Positions 63,857 through 64,000 of a stretch of DNA of 64,000 nt are shown here, in pieces. The first letter of the stretch is position 1. The number at the start of each line of letters is the position of its first letter. The stretch comes from Mobula hypostoma (taxonomy: Eukaryota): positions 43,898,001 to 43,962,000 of the forward strand of contig NC_086108.1 in NCBI RefSeq assembly GCF_963921235.1, given 5' to 3'. The notes below the pieces were generated by a model. It saw only the letters and a list, made by a program, of their open reading frames with translations, was not told the DNA's origin and did not search any database. The translations under genes and the position numbers were made by a program.

Positions 63857-64000
63857 CAAGTTTCATGATCAACAGTCCGGGCTGAATGGCAGGCCATGGC
63901 AAGGGTACTAGTAGATTAGCAGGTGTGGTACAGTATATAAATGCTGTCACTTTGATAGTGGATGACATTTTTGCTTAAGCATGCCAGGACTGCCTCTCTA

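Noticed and set aside
59200..64000. Short 60-130 aa ORFs in the track, here and throughout the window
   Set aside because: No recognisable protein motifs or exon structure; most are antisense or off-frame readings of repeats or chance ORFs.

Overview
Repeat-dense vertebrate genomic DNA. The repeat landscape (CR1, Rex1/Babar, RTE, Penelope-like, Tc1, hAT, Gypsy, V-SINE) suggests a cartilaginous fish; this is inference. Only two host-gene signals were found. The first is two coding exons of DPH5 (diphthine methyl ester synthase) on the minus strand (12773-12907 and 3396-3520). The second is a 76-nt first coding exon of an aldo-keto reductase on the plus strand (13094-13169), absent from the ORF track and head-to-head with DPH5, with only 186 bp between the two ATGs. 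Most of the rest is nested transposable-element debris, and many insertions can be resolved by target-site duplications (TSDs). The most notable non-coding signal is a family of minimal type-I hammerhead ribozyme motifs in the tails of GIY-YIG Penelope-like elements. There are at least six copies, one intact and in sense orientation in a DPH5 intron, plus short non-coding inverted tail-only insertions with their own TSDs. Also present: a decayed SCAN-gag, Gmr1-type Gypsy element with a tRNA-Leu PBS, four solo LTRs, two three-level TE nests and a 313-bp local duplication. Boundaries of old repeats without TSDs are approximate and were read by eye.
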